This document shows, in pieces, positions 53,621 through 64,000 of a DNA stretch of 64,000 bases (position 1 is its first letter; the number at the start of each line of letters is the position of its first letter). A program made the position numbers and the translations under genes. Under the pieces are notes generated by a model that was given only the letters and a program-made list of their open reading frames with translations, did no database searches and was not told the DNA's origin. Origin of the DNA: Camelus ferus (Eukaryota); contig NC_045697.1 in assembly GCF_009834535.1 (NCBI RefSeq), forward strand, positions 38,752,001-38,816,000, given 5' to 3'.

Positions 53621-54273
53621 GTGCTGCTGTGTTTGACTCAATATATCTACTGAAACTTCTTCAAAGAGTTTTTTAAAAAGGCTTTTTCCTCCTTTATAAG
53701 AGTAAGAAATGTGGTGCTGCCTTTCTGTTTAGAATAATCAATCTATGGTGGCATCTAAACAAGAGACCCTTGTATACGAATGATTTACTATGGCATTATA
53801 CTTTTTGAGCTCTCAGAATAGTCTTTTGCTAAGAGTGACAGATATTTATTCCTCTTGAATATATACCCTATTTCAGGAATTGTTAGTAAATTTGTGATTT
53901 AGGATTCCATTAAATTTCTGCGGTGAAGAATAATCATTTTTTAGGTTAACTAAAGTACAGAATTTTGGTGAAAATTATCCATCAATGAAAATTTTGACCA
54001 AGGCACAACAGTGAAATTTACAGCTATTTTGTCATTGTAATTGCTAGTCATTGTTATTATCAGTCATTACTAAGCAGTGGAAACCTCAGTTCAGATAAGT
54101 TGTAATTGTCAAATGAAGTGTAAACACCTACATTAACTTTCTAGTAATTATTTCTTTTTTTGGACAGTTCTTTAATGAATGACATATATACTTTGTGTAT
54201 ATATATGTGTGTGTGTGTGTGTACATTTATAAAAACCAATATAGATACATCCATTCACTGTGGCACATTTTAA

Positions 54274-54279
54274 AATAAA
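54274..54279 (+). terminator. Candidate distal poly(A) signal of SRP72
   Basis: AATAAA with TGTA elements upstream and GT-rich GTGTTTTGGGTGTT about 30 nt downstream. Confidence 0.65.
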
Positions 54280-55029
54280 ATAATCTAGCAGTGAGTATGG
54301 ATTAAAGTGTTTTGGGTGTTAGCATTTTATGGAGGACTTCCTGTTAGTAGTATATCTAAGAACTTTTTAAACTGAGTTATCAAAAATTGTCCCCTGCCCT
54401 TCCCAGCAAAACCAGAAAACAAAACTAATGGGATTGAGAGAACCTTGAAACCTAGTTTCAACTTCACTGAAAATTCATCATGTTGAAATCTGTATATAAA
54501 CAAGTTGAGGAGAAAACATGTTTTAAGTCATTAAACAATATTTTCAAGACTACTTGGAAACAGCTAACATTAAAAACTACTTAAAAACTGTTGGATAACT
54601 CAGGCCTTCCTGGAACCTGCCATTCATTCATTGTTCCTTATAAACCTATTTGAAATGTAGATCTGATGAAGGAAGGTCAGTTTTTTGCATTAAGATAATT
54701 TTGTTACACGATGAAATACACTAAATCCAATTTAATAAAATAAAAGAACCATCCACATACTTCTCAACCAGTTTAAGCAACGTTACACCACATTTGAAAA
54801 GCCCTGTGGGTACCTTATATGCTACATGTTAGATCATTGTGGGGGCGACTAGACGATTTTGTTTTGTTGTTTTTAACACCCGTTATTGCCAGTAGCTGTG
54901 ATCCTGGCAGAGTATCTCCAGAGAATTTTTTATTAAGAGAAATGTAACAAATTTTAAATAAGTGAACCGTTCAGGTACCTCTGTTGTTTTTATTCAACAT
55001 CCTGGATAGAGTCTAGACGGTGCTGGTAG

Positions 55030-56320
55030 ACTTACACAGGACGGAGGGCGAGGAGATACCCAACTTCACTCTCCAGGCTTGTGATTACTAGCTAGGGGAA
55101 GGCGGGGAATCCTCTGGAGACCCTCAGGACCCCGGCGTCTCGAGCATTCTCCGAGTCGGAGACCCGTCCGCCGGGCGGGCTCCGGGATGAGGCGGGAGAG
55201 GTGAGGCGCTGAGATCTGGGCGAGCGTTAAAGGCCTTTCTGAGACACCCTTCCCAGCCCGAAGGAATCTCGCCACGGTGCGCACCGCCATCCCCTGCCCA
55301 CCCCCCAAGGACACTCTTCCTGCCCCTCAGGTCTTTCCCAACTCCCGAGCCCGGGCCTCCCGAATCCCCTTGGCTAGACTCGACCCCTCCTCTAGCTCCC
55401 CCGCCCCGCCGGCTTCGGCAAATCTGCTGCGCGCAGTGCCCCGCGGGCGAGCGTCAGATGCCTGGCGGCAACCCGGGAACCGGCGGCGGCGTCCGCCGTG
55501 ACCTCGGAGGCGGCGTACGGCGCAGGGACCTACGTCTCCGCCGTGCGCTCCCCGCGGGGGCCACGCCTGCTGAGACCCCGCACCGCGGCTCCAGCGTGCG
55601 GGCGCGCAGGAGGAGCAGGGAAGGAGGCCGGGGCTGTGGGGATGGAGAGGTGGAAAGTGAAGAGAGAGAAGGGAAAGGGGCCGGAGAAAGAGAAAACTCG
55701 GGGAAAAGGAAAGGAGGAGAAAGATAAAAAGAAGGAAGTGGAGAAGGAGAAAATTAAGGAAAAAGAAAAGGGGAAGGAGGAGAAAACTAAGAGTAAAGAG
55801 GAGGAAAACAGGCAAGAGCAAGAGACGGACAAAGAGAAGGAACAGTTCAAGGAAAAAGAAGAGAAAGAGAAGGACAACGACAGCACATTGACAAAGCCCC
55901 CCCTGGAGCCGCCGGTAAGAGACCGGCGCCTCGGACCCTCACCCGAGGCCATTGTCCGGCGTTCAGGGCGGAGCGCCGGCTCTGTTACGTGCGAGGCCCC
56001 GGCCCGCGCCGGAGAGAATCTGGTCTCGTCCGCGGGCTTTTTATCTGCGGGTGGAAGGGGCTCCAGTCTTCTAACGACCCGTCGCTAGTCCCTTTCCCGC
56101 GGCCTCCTGCCCGGCTTCACCCCTAACCCCGTCCCCGCGTCCAGCCCTCGTCATGTCTAGTGTTGAAGAAGAGGTCTTAGCTGGTCTTCACGGGGGCGCG
56201 GGGAACACTCTTTTTCCAGCCCCATCTCTGTCCAGCGCTCAACCCTAGCTCCCTGACCGCCCACAACACTGAACTCAGCTCCAAACACTCGCCGCCCGCA
56301 GGATCTCTGTCCCGGCCTTT
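55030..56320 (+). promoter_or_regulatory. ARL9 CpG island / promoter
   Basis: CpG-rich region with GC boxes (ccccgccccgcc near 55398) around exon 1. Confidence 0.8.
55642..55914 (+). CDS. ARL9: ARL9 coding exon 1 (Lys/Glu-rich, 91 codons)
   Basis: gggATGG strong Kozak context; MERWKVKREKGKG...DSTLTKPPLEPP|GTAAGA; phase 0 matches exon 2. Confidence 0.85.
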
Positions 56321-56499
56321 TCTGTTTAATGGGTTCTTTGTGGGAGGGTGCAGGGTACCTGAATGTGTGCAGGATGTGTTTGGGGACTGTCTGGGTCTTT
56401 TCTGTGGGCGCTGTGGTTACTGCTTCCATTCTTTGCAGACCACCAGCGCCCAAAGGGGGCCGTCATAGAGGTTTGAGAAGCCTCAGAAACCAGGCATTG

Positions 56500-56810
56500 T
56501 AGTCACAAAAAGACAAATCCGTATGATTCCACGTATATAATGTACACAGAATAGTCAAAATCACAGAGTCAGAGAATGGAATGGTGGTTGCCAAGGCTTG
56601 GGGGAAAGGACAGTGGGGAGTTAGTGTTTAATGAGTACAGTTTCAGTTTCACAAGATGAAAAGGGTTATATTATGAAGATGGATGGTGGTGATGGTTGCA
56701 CATTATGAATGTATTTAATATCACTGAACTGTATGTTTGAAAATGGTAAAGATGGTAAATTTTATGTATTTTACCACAGTTTAAAAATTGAGGGAGAAAA
56801 AAAGAAAAAA
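56500..56810 (+). mobile_element. LINE-1 3' end (L1MB-like)
   Basis: agtcacaaaaagacaaat...atggtggttgccaagg...atggatggtggtgatggttgcac...atgtattttaccaca. Confidence 0.85.
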
Positions 56811-58516
56811 CAGACATTATTTGGATTAGCTTAGTGATCTCGGTGCTTCTGGAGTTCCTGGGCTCAGAGCTGCTTTCTGGTTCTAAACAATGTGAATTAT
56901 TAACAAGGATTTGATCTCTGGTAAAACAGACAAATAGATTCATATATAGTTAAAGGAATAACTTTTTACAAGGAACAGTTGTGTTCAGAATCACATTTTG
57001 TGTCAGAACTCTTGGTTTACAGTAATCCCAGCTTTTCTTGAGAGATTATAAACATAAGGAAGCTTGTGTTTTAGACTAAAAAAGAAGAAAACTGTAAGGC
57101 AGCAGTGACTACAGAATTTCTAGATAAGATGTGCTTAGAGGTAGCGATGTGGCTGGAAAGGAAATAAGGAACTGTTTTTATTCACAATGGTTCTTAGGCT
57201 CTAAAATGCCATTATTTTAGGTACCAAAAAGAAAGAAAAAAAATGCTGCCAATCAAAATATGATATACCATAGATTGTAAAGTCCTCATTTCAGAAATGT
57301 TAAATGAGAAAAAAAAAATCTTGGAATTGATGAAATATGTTGGGGTAGCCTGTATGGGGCTATTGGTGGTGTCAATTGTGGACAGAATCCACATCTTATA
57401 GCCATTTCTTGGTGCCACCATTGCTTTAAAGCATGCCACTTAAAACCATCCAGTGAAGTCTTCTCTGTGCGTCAAGTTCCTCTTCTTTACCATCACAGTC
57501 TCAGAATGACACTCTGATATTTAGATGCAGATGGGAGGGAATGGGGAGTAAATGGAGATGGAGATAGGGAACATCGATGGAAATACCAATTCCTATAAGA
57601 GCCATCAAGAATTCATTCCCAAAACAAAAATGTACTTTTAAAATTTCTGTTATTCACTAGACAGGGTTTGTAAATCATGCTCTGTACACAAGTCTCTATT
57701 AGACCAGCCTTAAAACATCTCATTTGCATGTAGATCTTACTAGGAGGGGGGAAAAAAGAGATGGGAGGTGGGATAGACATTCTAACGCTGTTTAGGATCA
57801 CTTTTTTACCAGAAATCCAATCTAAGTCTATGTCAGCGTTTAATGTTCAAGCAGAGATGTATAAGATTATTATTTTTAAACAGTGCCATTGAAGACATTT
57901 ACTAGTGTTTTTTGTGCATGAGAAACCCTTTCAGTAGGCTGTTTGGGAAATAGGGTTGAATTCCTGTGAGCAGTCTGGCTGGATTGTTGCTCATTTATTA
58001 CTCTTTACATTAAAATTTGTACCCTTAAAGCCACCTTGCTGAGTACTCTAAATTTTCTATTTCTGCCTCCATCCCAGCTTGCCCTTCTTGCCCCTCAGCC
58101 ACTTGTCATAAACATTTCTAAGGCTTGTATGTTGGTGGAATGCTTCTTCCTAAAGTTTACATCTATTTCATCAGGTTTTAGCATCAGATTTAAAAATACT
58201 CATTTATGATTAGAGCTGGTTTGATTACCTATAATCTTGGCCTTTTCATTCAATTATGATATTTATACTTAAAATATATAAAAGGGGAACCTTGCCCTGA
58301 GTGCTTTTAATCTAGTGATCCAATTGGGAAGACAAGACAGATTGAGAATATGAGACCTTAGATGCTTACAAACTAAATGGCAGAATCAATACATGGATCA
58401 TCAATACAAGACCCCAAACAATAAATTGAATTCTGGTGCAATCTCCAGTGAGCTCAGGAAGTAAACAGAAGTCTGAAAATTAGCCCTGAAAATATGGCAT
58501 CTCCCATAAGTAATCA

Positions 58517-58525
58517 GATAGATAA

Positions 58526-58592
<67 letters not shown>
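58517..58592 (+). repeat. (GATA)n microsatellite: (GATA)2 AATA (GATA)16
   Basis: Read directly. Confidence 0.95.
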
Positions 58593-58870
58593 TAGATCGA
58601 TATTAAGTATTTATTTGATAGATTGACTAGAATTTGGGAGATGAAGAAGGGATGTGTGATTAATATCACATAACCAGTGGCTGATTGTACAATACAAACT
58701 GACTGGGACAGTTTGTTCTAGACGTATTAAATTTTTTGTGAAGTTTTGCTCTGTTTTACAATTCCGAAATATTATTGGCAAGAACATTACCAGGAGCCAG
58801 GAAAACAAGGCCCTAGCTTTATTTATTTATATGATGGCATAGCTTTATTGACTTATTTTTTGTTTTGCAG

Positions 58871-59033
58871 GAGAAAAATAAGCAGATCCTAGTGTTGGGC
58901 CTGGATGGAGCAGGAAAAACCAGTGTTCTCCACTCTCTAGCTTTAAACAGAGTCCAGCACAGCATGGCACCCACCCAAGGTTTCAATGCTGTGTGCATCA
59001 GTACTGAAGACAGCCAAATGGAGTTCCTGGAGA
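58871..59033 (+). CDS. ARL9: ARL9 exon 2 (P-loop)
   Basis: ttgcag|EKNKQILVLGLDGAGKTSVLHSLALNRVQHSMAPTQGFNAVCISTEDSQMEFLE|GTAAGC. Confidence 0.95.
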
Positions 59034-59839
59034 GTAAGCCCTCTTTCTCAGTGGTTCTGGGAATAGCCTACAGCTTGTAGCCACATTACTGTTACAACTT
59101 AAGCCAGATGTAATGTTATCAACATTGGGTTCTTGTGAAAAGAAGCACTGGGTCAGATTTTCCTAGACTTCTAGAATGCTTGTGTAGTTTAATGCTAGGG
59201 TGCAGTGGGGGCGGAAATCACTTTCTGCTCTTTTTATTTTCCCCTTTTTGCAGTGGTGGGGATAAAGGGGAGTTGAGAGGAAGGCTTTGGCACCCCCTCT
59301 TATAACAGCCTCTCTCCTCCCTTACTTCGTCAGATAAACATGCAATCTAAATACAGTGTGCTTCCTTCTCTGCCAGTGCAAATATAGACAAGCCCCCAAC
59401 CTCTTGTAACCAGGTGGCAACTCAGAAGCCCCTAGTCTATAGTAATTCTGGAGTCACCATCTCTCAAAATATTGCTGTTCCCCGAAGTCGCATCAGATCC
59501 TCTTGTCTTCTGTTTACACTCTCTCCTAGGATGATTTCATCCATCCTCTTGACATTAAATACTATCTATATGCTAATAACTCCCCGATTTATCTGTCTAG
59601 CCCAAACATATCCAGATGTCCCCTGACATCTCTACCTGGTTTTTCACTGGCCTCTCAAATCTAACATGGTCAGAACAAAATATTTACTATATCTCCATAT
59701 CTATTCCTTTCCCTGTAATCCACTGTCAGTAAGTGACTCCTCACCCAGCAAGTTACTCAAGCCAGAAAACTGGGAATTTTCTGTACCCTCTATTGTACCC
59801 CCACCTCCCACCCACAAGTAAAACGATATGAATTTTTGT

Positions 59840-60420
59840 TTTCATCCAGTTGTGAAGAGAAAATGGTGAGCAGAGAAAATGGTAAAACTGTAGGCAAATC
59901 ATTAAGGTAAAAGTATTATTAGGACTACAGGTGTCAGTTTGCCCAGAAGCTACGGAAGTAATAATAATTTTAACAAAGTAGATAGCTAAGCAAATAGTCT
60001 CAAAATATAAAAAGTGGAAGGGAAGGGAGGAAAAGGGAAGGGAACGGACGGAAATGAAAAAATGAAGTAAGGAAAAAGAAAAGAAAGGAAGAATCCAATT
60101 ACAGGGAGAAATGGACAGATCTACAGCTGGAATGAGGGATTTCAACATCTCTTCATCAATTGTTTATAGGATCAAGGAGAAAACAAATCTATAGAGACAC
60201 AAAAATTGAACACAATCAAATATAAAATTAAACAATTTTAGCCACATCCAAAATTTAAAATTCACATTTTTCTCAAACACTCACAAAACAGTTCCAAAAT
60301 TGACCACTTACTGGGCCATTCAGCAAGTCTTAATAAATTTTTCAAAGAAGAGGCATCATACAAACCATGTTGTCTGGCTATGTTGCAGTTAAATTAGAAG
60401 TTAATAACTAAATGATTACA
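59840..60420 (+). mobile_element. Old LINE-1 (start of ORF2) remnant
   Basis: ttacagggagaaatggacagatctac...gatttcaaca...aattgaccac...ctgggccat...aaattagaagt. Confidence 0.6.
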
Positions 60421-60662
60421 ATCCCTCTGCTGGTGAAATGTCATGGTGTTGCCAAAAAATGGGGGACAACCTAAATGTTCATTCATGTTTAAACTACATA
60501 CATTAAAACCATATGAATTACTTAGATTATATAACATTCTTTAAAAAAAAATAAAAATACTTCAAAGAATGACTAGCCTGGCTCTACACAAAGAAAACAA
60601 GGAAAGGCAAATAAAGACCCTATATTACTGTTTTTTAAAATGTTTCTGTCAAGTTCCCAAAA

Positions 60663-61143
60663 CAAGAGTCTATAAACTTTTTTGTTAAGGGCTGAAGAGT
60701 AGCTAATGTAGACTTTGTGGGCCACATGGTCTCTGTGCAGCTGCTCAGCCCTGTTGTACTGTGAAAGCAGCCAGAGGCCATATGTGGACAATCACATGTC
60801 TGTGTTCTTTTTTTTTCTTTTAATTTTTTCCTGGGGTGGGGGTGGGTGGGTAATTAGATTTATTTATTTATTTTAATGGAGGTACTGGGGATCAAACCCA
60901 GGATCTTGTGCATGCTAAGCATGCGCTCTACCACTGAGCTGTACCTTACCCCCTCCACTGCATGTCTGTGTTCTGATCCTTTGTATTGAAATCCAAATGT
61001 GATATAATGTTCATGTGCCATGAAATATTATTCTTTTTTTCCCGCCCCCAAACATTTAAAAGTGTAAAAATCTTTCTTTGTGGGCTGTACAAAAAATAGG
61101 CAGTGAACCAGATTTAGACTGTGGGTCATCGTTTGTCAACCTC
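60663..61143. mobile_element. MER58B-like hAT transposon interrupted by a SINE
   Basis: aaactttttt...aaggg...actttgtgggccacatggtctctgt...gaaagcagcca...gctgtacaaaaaataggc...gtttgtcaacc. Confidence 0.8.
60809..60953 (-). mobile_element. Full-length Vic-1-like tRNA-derived SINE
   Basis: Reverse complement GGTACAGCTCAGTGGTAGAGCGCATGCTTAGCATGCACAAGATCCTGGGTTTGATCCCCAGTACCTCC; 14-nt TSD CATGTCTGTGTTCT at 60795-60808 and 60961-60974. Confidence 0.9.
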
Positions 61144-61768
61144 CGTCCGAGGAGAAAAGTAACTGAATTCATTGTGTATGTATTATTATCATTCCCCAAA
61201 AGTTTCTTCTGGGAAGAATCAGCAGAATGAAAGATCCCAAAGGCATTTTTTCCTGAGGCAAGTATTCTTGAATGTCCACTGGATCATATTAACTCTTAGT
61301 GCAAGATTAAGAGGGGAAATTAGTTCTAGGATTTTGACAAAGGAAGAAAGTTATGCAAGTGAGGCTAGCCAATGAAACTTAAATCAGTCCATTTAAAACT
61401 TATTTTAGAGAAACACGTGTTTTAACCTACCACTCTAAGTTACTTTAGTAGCCTACTCCAACTTGCTGGCTGTACTGCTGTGTATAGCAGGTCAGGAGGC
61501 ATCCGCTGTAGTACATATTTAAGATCTTTATGCTGATTCTTTGTGCTACAGAATGAATGACCCACTTATAGAGGGTAAATATTCCCACCAATCATTTCCC
61601 CAGTAACATCTCTCTGGTTGTTCTCAGAACTGGGTACAGTCTCACAGAGGTCTTTCATCAGAACACCTGTCCAGTGTTCAGAAATTACCTAATTGTGCCT
61701 TTCCTGCCCCCTCAGTGGACACTTCTGAGATTTCTGCGTATGTCTTCCTTCTCTACTGTTCTTTGTAG

Positions 61769-61944
61769 TTGGCGGCAGCGAACCTTTCCGTTCCTATTGG
61801 GAAATGTACCTGTCCAAGGGGTTGCTGCTGATCTTTGTGGTGGATTCAGCAGATCACAACAGACTACCTGAAGCCAAGAAACACCTTCATCAACTAATTG
61901 AAACAAACCCAATCCTTCCTCTGGTTGTGTTTGCAAACAAACAG
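61769..61944 (+). CDS. ARL9: ARL9 exon 3 (final exon lies beyond the window)
   Basis: tgtag|IGGSEPFRSYWEMYLSKGLLLIFVVDSADHNRLPEAKKHLHQLIETNPILPLVVFANKQ|GTAAAA; the G4 motif NKQ(D) is split at the junction. Confidence 0.95.
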
Positions 61945-62091
61945 GTAAAAAAGTTGTGCAAATATAAATTGTACTCAACAGTTACATTGTTAATACAAGA
62001 ATTAGAAATGTCTGTACTTTTAATAGCTAAATATTCAATAATACGCTATCTGTTCAGTTCAATTTATACTAATTAGATCTGCTTGATTATA

Positions 62092-62409
62092 CAGTCAGCC
62101 CTTCGTATCTGTGGATTCAACCAACCTGGATCAGGGGGAAAAAATTCCAGAAAGTTCCAAAAAGCAAAACTTGTATTTGCCACACATAGGGAAATATTTA
62201 TATAGCATTTATATTGTATTTACAACTATTTACATATCATTTACATTGTACTATGTATTATAAATAATCTGGATTTAACTGTATAGGAGGATGTGCATAG
62301 GTTTTATGCAAATACTATGCCATTTTATGTAAGGAACTTGAGCATCCTCAGATTTTGGTATCTTCAGGGGTCTTGCAACCAATTCCCCTCAGATACCGAG
62401 GGACAGCTG
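62092..62409. mobile_element. MER2-like TcMar-Tigger non-autonomous DNA transposon
   Basis: TIRs CAGTCAGCCCTTCGTATCTG / revcomp CAGCTGTCCCTCGGTATCTG; TA on both flanks. Confidence 0.85.
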
Positions 62410-62652
62410 TAAACTCCTTGAGAACAGAGACTGTCAATAACCTTTGTGTCCCATATAATAACTAGTATATGGCCTTGTGCATAATAAGAATTCAACAAAT
62501 TTGTGTTGAATTTAATTCAATAAACATTTACGGATTGTTGAACTGATTTCAAAAAAATTTTTGAATGCCTACCATGAATAAAAAAGTAGTTTTAGATCAA
62601 TTAGCCTGATCTAAATTTATTTCACACACATGCATTAAAATTACTAAACATT

Positions 62653-63320
62653 CATGGAGAAATTGAAACCCTTGTGTAGTGTTGGTGAGAATACCAGATG
62701 GTACAGCCACTATGAAAAACAGGATGGCAATTGCTTAAAAAAAATCAAAAATAAAATTTTCGTATGGTCCAGCAATTCCACTTTTGGCTGTATAACCAGT
62801 AGAATTCAAAGTAGGCACTCAAACAGTTATTTGTATACCCATGTTCATAGCAGAAGTATTCACAGTAGCCAAAAAGTAGAAACAACCCTAGTGTCTATCC
62901 ACAGATGAACAGAAACAAAATGTGGTCTATACATACAATGGGATATTATTCAGCCTTAAAAAAGAAGGAAATTCTGACACATGCTACAACATGGATGAAC
63001 CTTGTGGACGTTATGCTAAGTGAAATAAGCCAGTCACAAAAGGACAAATACTGTATGATTATACTTTCATGAGGTACCTAGAGTAGTCAAATTCATAGAG
63101 ACAAAAAGTAGAATTGTGGTTGCCAGGGGCAGGGGGAAAGGAAAATGGAGAGTTATTGTTTGATGCGTACAGAGTTTCAGTTTTACAAGTTGTTTGGAAA
63201 TGGATGGTTGTACAACAGTGTGAATGTACTTAACTGTGCACTGAACTGTACACTTAAAAATGGTTCATATGACAAATTTAGTTATGTGTATTTGACCACA
63301 GTAAAAAAAAGTTTAAAAAA
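62653..63320 (+). mobile_element. LINE-1 end of ORF2 and 3' UTR (L1MA/MB-like)
   Basis: ggagaaattgaaaccc...ccagcaattccact...catggatgaaccttg...atgctaagtgaaataagccagtcacaaaaggacaaatactg. Confidence 0.9.
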
Positions 63321-64000
63321 CCCCCATTCAACATCTATAGCATTGTACAGGCACAATTCGTCAATACTTGGTATTGTCAAACTTTTTCATTTTTGCCAGT
63401 CTCATGGAGTTAAAATTTTACCTCATTCTAATTTGCATTTCCTTAATTATTTGTGAGCTTGAACATTTTTTGAGATGTTCACTGGTTATTAGTTTTAAAT
63501 GAGTTTTATTCTTTGAAATGAATTTCCATATCTGTAAATTGTTTTTTTAATATCTTTCCCCAAATTCCTATTAGGGTGTTTATCTTTACTCATTTGAGCT
63601 GTAGGGAGTCTCATATCTTTTGGAAAAACAATCCTTTGTCAGTTACATACATTACAAATATCTTGTCCAGCAACCTGTTGGTTTATCATTGTACTTTGTT
63701 TATGGTTCCCATTTTTATACATAGGTTTTCATTTTTAATAATCAGATTTGTCAATACTTTCCTTTGTGGTTTATATCTCTTCATCAAATGAAATAAACAG
63801 AGCCATTCAGTGTCAAGTTTATAACTTTTACTGGGTTTAATAATGAAAGGTTTGAATACTCTAGTTTAAGGGTAATCTATATTTACTGATACTCCTTGGC
63901 CAAAGTAATCTATGCTTTTAGATGACTCACTGGTTTAAGTTATAAGTATTTTTTAAAAGTCATCTTACTATCTTTACTCTTTGAGTGATGACCTCTATTA

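Noticed and set aside
55327..55952. Antisense ORFs rich in Phe/Leu/Ser that look like membrane proteins
   Set aside because: Shadows of the purine-rich ARL9 exon 1.
62654..63456. ORFs of 84 and 103 aa
   Set aside because: Lie within a degraded L1 3' end.

Overview
Mammalian genomic DNA, most likely a camelid, judged from tRNA-derived SINEs resembling the Vic-1 family and no recognisable Alu, BovB or PRE-1 elements. The window holds the conserved block PPAT (minus strand, exon 1 and part of intron 1) / bidirectional CpG-island promoter / PAICS (plus, 9 coding exons, 1278 nt, 425 aa) / SRP72 (plus, 19 coding exons, 2016 nt, 671 aa) / ARL9 (plus, exons 1-3; the last exon lies beyond the window). 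I placed the exon boundaries by reading splice sites and checking phase; both complete genes sum to intact frames. The rest is intron and intergenic DNA with L1, L2, MIR, MLT1, MER and SINE remnants. I found no wholly new gene system. The most notable items are a U12-type intron in SRP72, a reconstitutable (recursive) 5' splice site at SRP72 exon 12, the highly charged N-terminal exon and overlapping uORF of ARL9, one target site hit twice by retrotransposons, a solo poly(A) insertion, and four forkhead motifs made by a tandem repeat. Repeat family names and human comparisons are from memory, not from a search.
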